Virus record (IMG/VR): IMGVR_UViG_3300022848_000006
Reading direction: 5' to 3' (one strand)
DNA length: 64,000 bases
Origin: a virus
The notes beneath the pieces were generated by a model. It saw nothing but the letters and a program-made list of their open reading frames with translations, was not told the DNA's origin and searched no databases. Made by a program: the position numbers and the translations under genes. Each line of letters starts with the position of its first letter. The first letter of the stretch is position 1. This document shows positions 9,190-19,654 of this stretch, in pieces.

Positions 9190-10125
9190 TTAGAAAAATC
9201 CATTATCCACTTGCCACACCTCTAAACCCAATGCTCGGTAATGCCAGCAGATCTGTGCCCTATCGTCAATCGCGTACTTTACATTGAACCTTGGGAGAAT
9301 CTCATTTCTGAGCAATTCTTCCTTGATATCGCAGTCAGGACGCGTATCGTCTGGAGTGCGGATGAAGATTTCACACAGACCTTCTCTAAAAACTTCACAA
9401 CTAGGAAAGACTTCTTTAACGATCCAGCTTTTGGTTTCTTTAAGGGCTATTCCATCTCTACCTGTTAAGAAGATAACTTTGGGGCAACCTCTTTTCCCAG
9501 TAAGCTTATCGTGAACCAGAGATTGCACAAAAGACACGACATTAGGCTTTGGTCTATCATTCCCAACTTTGTCCCAGTCATAAGGCATACGGCCCCACTT
9601 CTCACCCTTCCCCATATCGGCGATGGTTCCATCAACGTCTACAATCACACACTCAGGCAGGCCCTCAGTAGGAGTTATGACGCGACCCTGGATCTCAAGC
9701 TGCTTGCGAAACATATCGTGAATAACGACCTCTGGAACAGAGTATGCCCTATTCAGGTTACGCTCAATCAACCTGTGAAGAGGAACGCCGAAGAATTGCT
9801 TGAAGACAACTCTAAAGCCCAGTTTCTCAGCCTTGGCCTTGGTTTGAGCTAGGTACTTACTATTGAGGTTTGTGTTATCGTCAACAACCGAAACTCCATT
9901 GAAGGCCGCGTCTCGAAGGTCTTCATCCAGTGCTAGAGTAACCCTAGTTTCCTTTGCCTTTGTGAACTTGTACTCTGACCATTGGCCAAAGTCAAACAAT
10001 GTACGACGCATATCGTCCCTGTTGAGACGAACCCCCTTTTGCTTACTTGCCCAGGTGGACTTTCCGCTGGCTGGACACCCCATTAGTATTGTGTAAGTTG
10101 GTCGTGAGTCTTCTTTAAGTGCCAT
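9190..10125 (-). CDS. pseT: Polynucleotide 5'-kinase/3'-phosphatase (T4 PseT-like)
   Basis: P-loop GCPASGKST, NRDDMR, HAD DVDGT, LTGR, DDR. Confidence 0.85.
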   Translation of the reverse strand: MALKEDSRPTYTILMGCPASGKSTWASKQKGVRLNRDDMRRTLFDFGQWSEYKFTKAKETRVTLALDEDLRDAAFNGVSVVDDNTNLNSKYLAQTKAKAEKLGFRVVFKQFFGVPLHRLIERNLNRAYSVPEVVIHDMFRKQLEIQGRVITPTEGLPECVIVDVDGTIADMGKGEKWGRMPYDWDKVGNDRPKPNVVSFVQSLVHDKLTGKRGCPKVIFLTGRDGIALKETKSWIVKEVFPSCEVFREGLCEIFIRTPDDTRPDCDIKEELLRNEILPRFNVKYAIDDRAQICWHYRALGLEVWQVDNGFF

Positions 10126-10338
10126 GTTAGATCCTGTAAACTAAGCCTTCTTGTGAGTGAACTATGTCGTTGGGTAGTCTGTCCCTTACCATCGAAATGG
10201 CTTGGTAGTCGCCAAGTTCCTTGTTTCTTAGAAAGTACAATAATATAGCACTATACCTACCATCAGAAGTAGGGCGATTGAAATTGTTTACTATCTCCAT
10301 ACGATCTTTCTGATGTGAAGATCCCGATTGTAGCCACA

Positions 10339-10539
10339 TCATAGATCCATAAAGAATTTGACCAATAACAACACAACCCCAACGACCCCAGAGCAAACGC
10401 CTATAAAATACAAATATCTAATAGGTAAAAGATACTGAAGTCCTCCTTGCCTACTAGTGGCCCAGAGTCTAATGAGACAAAACAAAGAAAGAATACATAA
10501 GACAGAAGCTCCTAAACAGATAAGTATAGCTGTGTTCAT
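10339..10539 (-). CDS. Small membrane protein
   Basis: Two hydrophobic segments. Confidence 0.4.
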   Translation of the reverse strand: MNTAILICLGASVLCILSLFCLIRLWATSRQGGLQYLLPIRYLYFIGVCSGVVGVVLLLVKFFMDL

Positions 10540-11069
10540 AATTGGTTCTCTGTGACAATCTTGCAGAATTGAATTAGTTCTTCGTCTGTAAATGTGTTCC
10601 TGGCATAGTTAGCCATCACAGATATAAATCTAATGTTTCCAATTTCGTACCCTTTGGAATTGTCTATCCTGTCTAGGGAAGCGTCGTATGGAGTAGCCCC
10701 TAGGCCGCTAGTAGAATTGGTTTTTAGTACCATCCTATAGCCAGTAAAAGGACAAATACCCAACTGCTTTTCCCACTGTTCTTTAAGATTTTGAAGCGTG
10801 ACTTCGCAACGCTTTCTACCCTTGTTATTGATTTTCTTAAAGGTGTGTCTGAATGGAGTGTATTCGTCAATCCTGTTCTTAGGGTCTAAATGATTCCACT
10901 TATGATTTTCCAAGCACTTTGGCGACTGTAGATTTTTCTTTGTTATTTTGGCAGCACACTTGCTGTCGCAGTAATTGTTTCTTCCCACTCGTTTATTTCT
11001 GTTTATTTCCCTATTGTCTTTGAGAAACTCTTTCTCACAAGCGTTGCATTTAATCTTTGATTTTGCCAC
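10536..11069 (-). CDS. HNH-like homing endonuclease (GTG start at 11069)
   Basis: CNAC/YCDSKC zinc motif, CPFTG, ASLDRIDNSKGYEIGNIRFISVMAN; AGGAG RBS before GTG. Confidence 0.75.
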   Translation of the reverse strand: MAKSKIKCNACEKEFLKDNREINRNKRVGRNNYCDSKCAAKITKKNLQSPKCLENHKWNHLDPKNRIDEYTPFRHTFKKINNKGRKRCEVTLQNLKEQWEKQLGICPFTGYRMVLKTNSTSGLGATPYDASLDRIDNSKGYEIGNIRFISVMANYARNTFTDEELIQFCKIVTENQL

Positions 11070-11134
11070 CTGGGTCTCCTTAGTTGAGGTACAATGTATT
11101 ATACACCAAAAAAGTGGACCCAGTGACAAAAAAG

Positions 11135-11472
11135 TGGAGGTGTTGGGAATTGCACCCAAGTATCCTGCGCAATCCAATTAACCGTCTACACCGATAGCTC
11201 ATTGTATTCGCACAATAAGCAAAGCTAACAACCTTTGGTCGCCGTCAAGCAAGTATGTATGCCATAACTCTAGTTTTAGCATGAGTATGCGATCCCCTAT
11301 TCTGGGGGAGCTAGGCACTTTTGGGCAACAGGGAAAGGCCATCCCCGGCAGCTACGCTGCTAGTGCGAAATTTTCGACAACTAAAAACTTTGGATCGCTT
11401 TTATACTGGCCTCAATCCAACCAGTCGGTGCAAGCTAATCTTCAAAACGCGGAGCGATTCTAATTCACCCCC
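11135..11472 (-). ncRNA. ssrA: tmRNA; predicted tag (A)DPKFLVVENFALAA*
   Basis: Acceptor GGGGGTG/CACCTCC with G3-U70, T-arm TTGGG-TGCAATT-CCCAA, internal frame ending TTC GCA CTA GCA GCG TAG. Confidence 0.88.
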
Positions 11473-11493
11473 GAATCATGTCTCTGTAAGAGA

Positions 11494-11697
11494 CTATACA
11501 CTAGAAACTTCCTTCCACTTGTACTTCTTGTAATTGACTGGAGTGCTGGGCTCTTTCTCGTCGTCTTCATAGTCCCAGAACATCTTCAAACAATCAGCAC
11601 ACACAACTCGTGCATCACCGTCCTCTTCGACCCTCTCAATCGTAACGCGTTGAAAGGTGCCGCAAAATTCGCAATCGTCGATCATGTGATTCATCAA
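11494..11697 (-). CDS. Small CxxC zinc-ribbon protein
   Basis: CEFC...CADC, promoter upstream. Confidence 0.45.
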   Translation of the reverse strand: MMNHMIDDCEFCGTFQRVTIERVEEDGDARVVCADCLKMFWDYEDDEKEPSTPVNYKKYKWKEVSSV

Positions 11698-11750
11698 AAA
11701 ACCTAAGTGAAAGTATCGTTACTAGTATTATAGTCAAAAGTCAGGTTTTG

Positions 11751-12095
11751 TCAAGCAGTATTTGCTCGTTTTCTCGATCTTTTTTTGGATCGAATGTCTG
11801 AAAGCTTGAAGGGCGACTTCGTCTCGACCTTGGGCTTCTTACGCTTGAATGAATAGGTCGGAATGACGCACTCACGGGGTGTAGGCTTGATCTTGTAATC
11901 CTCTCCCCTTTTCGACGCTTCGTCCTTGAGGGCCAACTGAGCTAGGTAGAATTGCCCACCCACTTCTGTGACCGCTGGCCAATACTCCACTTGGTCATTT
12001 CGTCTCTTATGCGGCCCAAGGTACTTATTTGCCTCTTCTACTCCCAAAGGGTCTATACGTTCTTGGTTGCTCATTTTTGATACGTCTTCACTCAT
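11751..12095 (-). CDS. Hypothetical protein with basic C-terminus
   Basis: RBS, coding strand. Confidence 0.5.
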   Translation of the reverse strand: MSEDVSKMSNQERIDPLGVEEANKYLGPHKRRNDQVEYWPAVTEVGGQFYLAQLALKDEASKRGEDYKIKPTPRECVIPTYSFKRKKPKVETKSPFKLSDIRSKKRSRKRANTA

Positions 12096-12143
12096 TTTAT
12101 TTCCTCATTATGAAATTTTAGTTGATCACCAATCCTGTAAAAC

Positions 12144-12908
12144 CTAGCCACCTTTAGCTTGACTTTCTTTCCCATGTGTTCTATCTCTACGAACTTGTAG
12201 CCATAACGACGAGGCAAAATTAATAATACTTGGATTCTTATTTACTACTTGCCCATCGGGATTTTCCACCATTGCTTCTCGACTCTCATCAGAATAGCTA
12301 CACTGAGACACAGCCTCAGGTTCAGCACCGCAACTGCTCGCTAAACGCATGTTCTTGATAACCTCTGAGCTACCCTGAAAAGCCATCAAAGACTTACTTG
12401 TGGAGTAGTTTGAGATATGACCAGCGTCAATGTTCAGGTTTCGACCAACCGCAAACGAGTCTTGATTAGCACCAAGGAACATAAACTGCCAACCGTACTT
12501 GTCTTTTTGATGCTTAATCATTTCAGCGATACGCATCTGAGAATACTCACGACTTGCGTTTTCCCCTCCGTCTGTCATGATCGCAACAATAACGAGGCCT
12601 GGGCGATCTTCCTCTTTCATATTTGCCAAGCGAATACCGGTGGCATCAATGGCGGTTCCAATTCCGTCGCGAAGAGCCGTTCCCCCTTGTGGTTCTAGTT
12701 TTATAGCACCGATTTCCCGAATGTCAACCCCTTCGTAGACTTTTTCTACAGAATTGTTGAAGCGAAAATAGCTAACGGCGACTTCGCCGGGTTCCTCGGT
12801 TTGGTCCTTGATTAGACTTCTGGCACCACCCTCTGTGTCTTCGACACAGCTAAACATCGAGCCGCTTCTATCCAATACCAATACCAACTCTGTTTTGTCT
12901 TTATTCAT
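12144..12908 (-). CDS. von Willebrand factor A domain protein
   Basis: MIDAS VLDRSGSM, GGTALRDGIG, IMTDGGENAS. Confidence 0.85.
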   Translation of the reverse strand: MNKDKTELVLVLDRSGSMFSCVEDTEGGARSLIKDQTEEPGEVAVSYFRFNNSVEKVYEGVDIREIGAIKLEPQGGTALRDGIGTAIDATGIRLANMKEEDRPGLVIVAIMTDGGENASREYSQMRIAEMIKHQKDKYGWQFMFLGANQDSFAVGRNLNIDAGHISNYSTSKSLMAFQGSSEVIKNMRLASSCGAEPEAVSQCSYSDESREAMVENPDGQVVNKNPSIINFASSLWLQVRRDRTHGKESQAKGG

Positions 12909-12996
12909 CTCTGTTCAACCTCTCTAAAAGTTTCCTTGTTAAAATCCTATAGAGTCTCTACGACTATGCGAAACTCAGCTATTTTTTCTTCTGGGC

Positions 12997-13803
12997 TCAT
13001 AGGTGCTTCTCCACATGCTGAATGATCTTTTTGTAGTCTGCGTCGTACCATCCGGCAGCAAACAGACTGTTTAGCTCTAGCACTTTGATGGTTCCGTCTT
13101 GAAGAAGTGCTAGGTCAATTGTATAGTAATCATCTGGAAAATACTCAGCACCCCAAGCTGCAGGTTCGCAGTATGAGGTAATCTTTTCTTCTGACAGTTG
13201 ATTCATTTCGTTACCGCTATAAAAACTATAGCTGATAACTTTATCTAGGTGCATCATCACCCGATACTCAGATACGATACCCTTGTGACACGACACTAAA
13301 ACTAGGTCGTCGCCAGTAGGATTGTTCCCAGGTAGACTCTCGATAGAAGCGAGGTCTCTCTCCCACCACTTTTTAGTTATGTAGTTGCCCGTAAAGATCT
13401 TTTTACCAGAGTTTGGCCTGATGAAAAGCTTGTCACAATCTAACCACGCAAAGTATTGATCTGCATACATACTTAAAACAGACCAAGGCACAAAGAAGTG
13501 GTCTTGGTTAAGCATCGAATCTAGCCAATGCGAATAGTACCTAGTACAATCATATCTTTCCTCAGTTACGCCAATGGGGGCGATCTTCTTAAAAACATTG
13601 ATATACTTGTGACGCATAAGTTGCACAAATTCAACAGATCCCCTAAATACAGCAGGCCCCTCGTCATTTGACCAAGCACCTGTTGGGGGATTTACCACCT
13701 GTTCTCCAACGCAGTCACAACGAAAGACACCTAGCTCGTCTAGGGCGTCCTTCATTTTTTGCTCTTCATAAGCTCCAAAGATGTCTTTCTGAATGTGCCA
13801 CAT
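12997..13803 (-). CDS. ATP-grasp domain protein (DUF4343/R2K-like)
   Basis: FIRPNSGKKIFTG, EYRV, YTIDLA, VLELNS. Confidence 0.75.
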   Translation of the reverse strand: MWHIQKDIFGAYEEQKMKDALDELGVFRCDCVGEQVVNPPTGAWSNDEGPAVFRGSVEFVQLMRHKYINVFKKIAPIGVTEERYDCTRYYSHWLDSMLNQDHFFVPWSVLSMYADQYFAWLDCDKLFIRPNSGKKIFTGNYITKKWWERDLASIESLPGNNPTGDDLVLVSCHKGIVSEYRVMMHLDKVISYSFYSGNEMNQLSEEKITSYCEPAAWGAEYFPDDYYTIDLALLQDGTIKVLELNSLFAAGWYDADYKKIIQHVEKHL

Positions 13804-13807
13804 TGTC

Positions 13808-14200
13808 TTAGCCTAGGTTTCCGAGGTTGTCGTCTTCGTCGTGAACGCAATCTTCTTTGCCACAACAGTCTGGCTCTGTGTAGGCTTCGTCTTGAAACTT
13901 AAACATGTTCGTCAGAATCTCAAGGCCCTCTCTGCACTCAGCGTCGGCCTTCTTCTCTTCTTCTGTCATGCTCCTGATCTCCATACTGGCAGACACCAAC
14001 TCGTAGATCACAAGGCCTCTATAAAGGTCTTCCTTGAAAGCATTGATTTCCAATACTGGCTCACAAGTAAAGTCTTCTGCACTCTTACCCTGACTTTCCA
14101 AGTGCTTAATAGCCAATCGCTTGTAAGACAATTCTCTTTCTAGCTCAAGTTGGTCAAGTTCGTCTTGCGTGAATACGATTGTGGTAATTTCTACGCTCAT
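13808..14200 (-). CDS. Hypothetical protein
   Basis: Coupled ORF. Confidence 0.5.
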   Translation of the reverse strand: MSVEITTIVFTQDELDQLELERELSYKRLAIKHLESQGKSAEDFTCEPVLEINAFKEDLYRGLVIYELVSASMEIRSMTEEEKKADAECREGLEILTNMFKFQDEAYTEPDCCGKEDCVHDEDDNLGNLG

Positions 14201-14624
14201 AAAAAACTCCTAAAGGTCAAACTAATTCGAGTACCGCAAGGTCTGTCCCACTTGGGAATCTTGTGTAGATACTCATCCTGAAATCCTGGCGGCATGGTAA
14301 ACACACTACCATGCTCTAATAGCCGTCTTTGATCTGCGGGCACTTCGCCCTTCTCTCCTTTTGGCTTCCACCAAATCTCTCTTTCGGCACCTAAAGAAAC
14401 AACAACAATAGGCTTTGTCTCATCCATGCCTGGGAAGTTGTCTGCGTGCCAACCAAGGTGTTGCTTCTCGTCTTGTTGCCGTATGAGTATGTTCTAGGAA
14501 TAAAAGACATGAAGTACTCACGCCTAGCTGAGCGTTGTTCTACCCACCTTAGTCTCAATACTTCTTTTTGAAGTTCTGAATCAAAGTCTTCCCCCATGTC
14601 TAGTTTGTAATAACTTGGTTTCAT
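14197..14624 (-). pseudogene. AlkB-like 2OG-Fe(II) oxygenase, internally deleted and frameshifted
   Basis: Frame 1 ends RTYSYG; second frame gives QHLGWHAD...IVVVSLGAER...HGS...HKIPK...RISLTFR. Confidence 0.75.
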
Positions 14625-15331
14625 GATTGTGTGACCCTATCTAGTTTGTTTTCGTTGTGGAACTTGCCGTCGTACTCAATCGCCCTCAACTCTCCTAGGC
14701 ACATAAACCTAGTGCCATTGTGCTGAAAGTCAATCGTTCTGTGGAAGTGTCCAAAGATCCAAACATCAGGTCTATGGGCTTCGTGACAATCTTGAAGAAG
14801 TTGTTGAGTGTCTGTATTGAAGCTGTCGGCATCATAGCCCCAAGAGGTTAAAATCCCTGGACTGCCGATGATCTTAGCAATACTAGTTGGGCAAGTGTGC
14901 GTAATCATTACGCTTGGTCTTTGCTTCTTGTAGTCAGACAGAGCGGCCTCTTGCTGTTCTTTGTTTAATTGCTCTTCATTCCACCAGGACTTCTTACCAG
15001 TATCCCTCTCTCTAATAAATCGATCTTTCCAATCAATAGAGAAGGCACCTCTAATAAAGTAGAAATCTAGTTCTCCAACAGAACGGCTACCAAAGTCACC
15101 GAGGCCATGAGGGCAAACATGATATACGTCGTAATTGTCGTGGTTCCCTCCAAGGAATTTGTGCTTGTCTGAGTCCAATTCCTCAAGGTCTTCATAATGA
15201 AAGCCCATATCCCCAATTTGAATGCTGTGTTCGCAGCCAGAATCCTGTACGTCTTCAACGTAGTGTTCTGTTAGACCGTGGCAATCTCCTGTAATTCTTA
15301 CTGTCATTTTACTTGTCCGCAGTGTGGGCAT
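14621..15331 (-). CDS. Calcineurin-like metallophosphoesterase
   Basis: GDCHG, QIGDMG, GGNHD, ITHTCP, FGHFH. Confidence 0.85.
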   Translation of the reverse strand: MPTLRTSKMTVRITGDCHGLTEHYVEDVQDSGCEHSIQIGDMGFHYEDLEELDSDKHKFLGGNHDNYDVYHVCPHGLGDFGSRSVGELDFYFIRGAFSIDWKDRFIRERDTGKKSWWNEEQLNKEQQEAALSDYKKQRPSVMITHTCPTSIAKIIGSPGILTSWGYDADSFNTDTQQLLQDCHEAHRPDVWIFGHFHRTIDFQHNGTRFMCLGELRAIEYDGKFHNENKLDRVTQS

Positions 15332-15399
15332 CTATAGGTCTTAAAGACCTTATGTGGAATAAGCTTGTAGTCGTGTAGTCCTACAAAACAAAGAAACTC

Positions 15400-15528
15400 T
15401 CTTACTATGTCTGGCATCACTTGTCTCCATACTTAGATTTTAACTCATACATGAACAATATAAGGTAGGCCAGTAAACTTCCTGACAGAGCCTTTGTGTT
15501 TCTCTCGTGCAAATTCTAGTGGTGTCAT
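15400..15528 (-). pseudogene. RelA/SpoT-type HD hydrolase relic
   Basis: MTPLEFAREKHKGSVRKFTGLPYIVHV* followed in another frame by ELKSKYGDKV. Confidence 0.6.
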
Positions 15529-15730
15529 TGTTGACTCGTTAGGAAGTAATAATAGGCCCCGGCAATTGCTAGAGCAATAACAAAGAAATAACTAAAGAAA
15601 GCCTTCACTCTGCTTTTGAATATTTTTGTCATGTTATTTTCTATGTAAGAGTATTGAGAATCCAACAGCGGCAGCAAACACCAATATGTCTACTGCCACT
15701 ATGAGCAATGTAACCAAAAAGCTAAACATT

Positions 15731-17362
15731 TTACACCGGGTAGTCTACGCCGCAGGCGAGTCTTTCCCGAATGCCTTCAAGGGTTTCGTCTACAAGTAGC
15801 TTACCATCCTCGAACACTGGAATTAATTCGCCGCCAGCTTCCTCTTCTTTAGTACATTGATCCTTCAAGACGAGTGTCGATCCATGACTTCCTTCAACCC
15901 GATCAACTCGCAATAGTCCACAAGCAGACTTCTTCTTGCCGTCGTCGGTAACTGGGTCTTTGAAAATATTGTGCCCAACGCCGTCAATTTGAGCCCAAGT
16001 AGCCTTACAAGCAATGTAGAACGTGTCACGAGTGTTGTACTGGTAGGTGAAACTACCGACACCAAAGACAACGTTATTGGAAGCATAACCCTTAGCTTCT
16101 AGCTGACTACAAATCGCTTCACAACGCTCAAGTGTGATGCTGTCACCATAAATCAACCCAACCTTGGGGTTCAGTTCTTGGTATTCAGCTTCATTCGTCG
16201 TGGTTCCAAACTTGTCAGCAAGAATCTCGATGGCACCCTTCACTTCGTGAATACTCAACTCGTTGAAGCTAAGGTCAAAGCACTTCCCATCGGTTGTACG
16301 CAAAGCGTCGGTCTCATCATCCAAGCAGGGCAAGAAAGACTGCAACCAGGGCGACGACTTGGACTTGGCCAATAGCTCTTCACTATGGCCATGGAAGTCC
16401 TCTACAAAGTAGCCGCAGATAATCTTGATGGGATTACCAGTGTCGGGTCGGAATACAACCTTGCCGTCTCGTGCTTCAATCTCTTCCTCTAGCGACGGTG
16501 CGATTTCGGTCAACACCTTCCACAAGTCCCACGTATCACTGACGATGGACACAATACCATTGGGATAGGTTTCAGTAATGAGACGCTTAAAGGTTTCTCT
16601 TTCATTAGCCTTTCCTCCTGCACATTGGACTGAGTGTTCCGTCGCCGGAACGCTACAGCTAACAAGTTCATTTTGAAGATCAGCGTTATAGTATTCCTCT
16701 AAAAAGAATTGCCCAGGAACAGTATCACTACCAACAAAAGACAACAAGTGAGCAGCATCGGTGGTTAACGAACTTTCAAAGCTACTCATTCCACGCATTG
16801 AGAAATTATGAGCCTGGAATGCGACATGGTCACGATTGTCACAGGTTGTATCGGCATAACTATTCAATAGCTTGCGATATTGATCCGCAATTGTTGCACA
16901 GGTTAGTGGGTTCCACATAACATTCTGCATGATTGTTTCAATAAAGTTAGTCAGCCAGTAAAAATCTGAGTGAGTATTGATAATTGTACAGTAGGGCACT
17001 CCAATTGGGCATCGAGTCCCCTCAGGTAGGGACTTAATACTCAAAGGCAGATAACCTAGATCATGCAAGTCTTCATATTTTGCCATATCTAGCTTTACAT
17101 CTGGCATATAACGAGCAAAGAAGTTTTCAAGCTCTTGAATAACTTCTCCTTTAGGTCTGTCAAAGAAGTCTTCGTTAAACCTGCGAATCAAATATTCTTT
17201 AATGAAGTACTGTAGGCCAAAAGTTATTACTTTGTCTATATCCTTCATTCTGGATGCTCTAGCAGTGATGTTGGAGTAGACATACTCTGTATTTTTAGGG
17301 TATTGCTCCTTATGAGTGAGCTTATAGCTGTCACTTAGCAAAAGTGGGTTAATTTTCAACAT
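15731..17362 (-). CDS. nadV: Nicotinamide phosphoribosyltransferase-like protein
   Basis: LLLSDSYKLTH, FSMRG, SVPATEHSV, SIVSDTWD, FRPDTG, YGDSIT, FGVGSF. Confidence 0.9.
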   Translation of the reverse strand: MLKINPLLLSDSYKLTHKEQYPKNTEYVYSNITARASRMKDIDKVITFGLQYFIKEYLIRRFNEDFFDRPKGEVIQELENFFARYMPDVKLDMAKYEDLHDLGYLPLSIKSLPEGTRCPIGVPYCTIINTHSDFYWLTNFIETIMQNVMWNPLTCATIADQYRKLLNSYADTTCDNRDHVAFQAHNFSMRGMSSFESSLTTDAAHLLSFVGSDTVPGQFFLEEYYNADLQNELVSCSVPATEHSVQCAGGKANERETFKRLITETYPNGIVSIVSDTWDLWKVLTEIAPSLEEEIEARDGKVVFRPDTGNPIKIICGYFVEDFHGHSEELLAKSKSSPWLQSFLPCLDDETDALRTTDGKCFDLSFNELSIHEVKGAIEILADKFGTTTNEAEYQELNPKVGLIYGDSITLERCEAICSQLEAKGYASNNVVFGVGSFTYQYNTRDTFYIACKATWAQIDGVGHNIFKDPVTDDGKKKSACGLLRVDRVEGSHGSTLVLKDQCTKEEEAGGELIPVFEDGKLLVDETLEGIRERLACGVDYPV

Positions 17363-17435
17363 TTTACGGCCTTAAACGAGTTTTTTGGTGTATAATACTT
17401 AGAAGGTCACTAACATTATACACGACGGAGAGTAT

Positions 17436-18356
17436 TTGTCAATGGGAAAAGTTACAGAATCAGTAAAAAAAGAGATTCAGGCCCGCTATCCAAGCGAAGA
17501 TTCGCACAAATTAGCGGAGGATCTGGGTTTTAGCTATCACACGATCATGAAATGGGCACAAAAGCTAGGTTTGAAAAAATCGTCAGACTATAGAACTCAC
17601 AACTCTTTAAGTAAAGAAGAAGAAGAAATTCTCAAATCATACTACTCAAACGAACCTATGAAGTCACTATGTAAAATGTTAAACAAGAAACCAGGGGCAA
17701 TACATGAGCTTGCTAGAAGGAGGGGAATCAAAAGGGTCATCAACGAAACTAGAAAGGGCACACTGGAGCCTTTATTTAACAAATCTATTGAGTCATACTA
17801 TTGGCTAGGCTTCATTGCGGCAGACGGCTACGTAGCTAAAAATGGTCACTTCATGATATCACAATCTGAAAAGGACAAGGAAACCATTGAGAAAATGGCA
17901 GAATACTTACGATCAAACATTTACATCAGAACGGGAAAAAGCGGATTTAACGACAATTACACTTCTTACAGGATTAATATCTGCGACAAAGTTCTCGGAG
18001 TCGCCCTCAATCAACTCTTTGGATTAAAACCTGGAGAGAAAAAGACCTACACGCCACTCTCCTTAGATTTCATCAAAACTCAAGATCAAGCTGTTGCCTT
18101 CCTCTGTGGAGTAATAGACGGAGACGGATCTAAACAAGGCAAAAGCTACCGAATTCAATGTCACAAATCTCAACTCCAAACATTTACAAATCTATCTAAG
18201 TTGTTACCAAAGGAAATAAGCCTTCAAGTCTCTTTGAGATACAGAAGGGATAAAGACGACTCTTTTTGTCACGCGGACACCCTTAAAGAATCCTCAAAAT
18301 ACCTAAGAGAATTTTGTCAAAAACACTCAATAGGCTCGACCAGAAAATTTAGCTAA
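17436..18356 (+). CDS. Free-standing double-motif LAGLIDADG homing endonuclease
   Basis: YWLGFIAADG and FLCGVIDGDG; GTGTATAAT upstream at about 17388; only convincing plus-strand gene. Confidence 0.8.
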   Translation: MSMGKVTESVKKEIQARYPSEDSHKLAEDLGFSYHTIMKWAQKLGLKKSSDYRTHNSLSKEEEEILKSYYSNEPMKSLCKMLNKKPGAIHELARRRGIKRVINETRKGTLEPLFNKSIESYYWLGFIAADGYVAKNGHFMISQSEKDKETIEKMAEYLRSNIYIRTGKSGFNDNYTSYRINICDKVLGVALNQLFGLKPGEKKTYTPLSLDFIKTQDQAVAFLCGVIDGDGSKQGKSYRIQCHKSQLQTFTNLSKLLPKEISLQVSLRYRRDKDDSFCHADTLKESSKYLREFCQKHSIGSTRKFS

Positions 18357-18580
18357 TCCCTTGACTTTGTCCAGTCCTTCCTGTAGAGGGGATCGTTTTG
18401 CCAGTGGTCCCGATAGGGGTCTTTTGGTCTTACTTCATCATTATAGTCCCTTGGGGCCGATTCGTCAACCCCAAAATACCACAAAGGATCAGAATACTTG
18501 AAAATACTTTTCAGCTTTTCGTCTTCCATTGCACCGGGGATTTTATCGATGCAATTCCACATCAACCCGCCATCCTTCAA
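18353..18580 (-). CDS. Hypothetical protein
   Basis: Coding-strand ORF. Confidence 0.4.
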   Translation of the reverse strand: MKDGGLMWNCIDKIPGAMEDEKLKSIFKYSDPLWYFGVDESAPRDYNDEVRPKDPYRDHWQNDPLYRKDWTKSRD

Positions 18581-19496
18581 ATTGAAAGCTAGTAGTAAGG
18601 AACATACTTGGGTGGACTCCGTTTATACCCACCGAATGGCAATCGGTGATAACCTTGTGGTCATCGTCTACAAAGGTAACGTCCTTGTAGTTTAACTTTA
18701 AGTTCGCACAGACGTTTCTTAGCATAATAAACTTGTAACGCTTATTGCCGATAAAGTGTCTGTCTTCTGCCTCCACGAATGGGGCGTTCTTGTTCAACCA
18801 AGACTCTTTGTCTTTCGTACACAGGCTGTCTGGAGACGCCGATAGAACATAAACCCTTGCCCCTTGACTTTCAAGAGATTGAATCTTCTCTAGCACAGGG
18901 ACTACAGGTTTTGCATTTCGGAAGTAACGACCTTCAATGAAGTTGATACATCCGTATTCATCAAATGGAATGTGCTGATAAGCAGCCATCGTTCCATCCA
19001 TGTCCATGAAAATGTGCTTATTCGTATAGTGGGGCACACGAATCATTTCGTCAACCAAGTCTTCGTATCTAATCAGACACTCATTGATCTTGACCGACTT
19101 TCTAATGATCTCAATTTCTGGAACAGGAATGTAGCGGTTACGCTCAGCATTTCTCTCTAAGCAAACGCTAACAGGAGTGTCAATAAAGACAATCTTGACG
19201 TAGTAGCCTAAAGCCTTTAGTTGGCGGATAATACTTTCAGTGTAAGAGCTATTAACTCCACCACCATCCACACAAATCTTTGGAGTATTATTCCTAGCTA
19301 GATCGAGAACATAACGCTCTGCTTCTCTAACACTGTACTCATGGGCTTCGTCCATAGGCACAGTTCCGCAGGGCATCTTGTCCTTGGTTACGTCAGCACT
19401 AACAACAACACAGTTTTGCAAACTGTTTTTGATAAAGTGAGACTTCCCACAACCAGGGATGCCAACCATGATATAGGCTTCTTTAGGCTGATTCAT
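18543..19496 (-). CDS. AAA_33 P-loop kinase fused to HAD 5'(3')-nucleotidase-like domain
   Basis: GIPGCGKS, CLERNAER; DMDGT, LSASP, FVDDD. Confidence 0.75.
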   Translation of the reverse strand: MNQPKEAYIMVGIPGCGKSHFIKNSLQNCVVVSADVTKDKMPCGTVPMDEAHEYSVREAERYVLDLARNNTPKICVDGGGVNSSYTESIIRQLKALGYYVKIVFIDTPVSVCLERNAERNRYIPVPEIEIIRKSVKINECLIRYEDLVDEMIRVPHYTNKHIFMDMDGTMAAYQHIPFDEYGCINFIEGRYFRNAKPVVPVLEKIQSLESQGARVYVLSASPDSLCTKDKESWLNKNAPFVEAEDRHFIGNKRYKFIMLRNVCANLKLNYKDVTFVDDDHKVITDCHSVGINGVHPSMFLTTSFQFEGWRVDVELHR

Positions 19497-19654
19497 TTAC
19501 AATCTTTGCACTTGAAGGGTTTTTAATCAACAAAAGACCGTTGTGGTCTTCAACGATACAGCGAACAGATGTGCCGTTCAACTTCGTAAAGAGACAGACA
19601 ACAACTCCTTTATAGTAGGAGTCTTTACCCTTAAACTCTACGGTGTCTCCGACA

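Noticed and set aside
11070-11177. N-terminal extension MDCAGYLGAIPNTSTF of ORF 10536-11177
   Set aside because: It is the tmRNA T-arm/acceptor; the real start is GTG 11069 with an AGGAG RBS.
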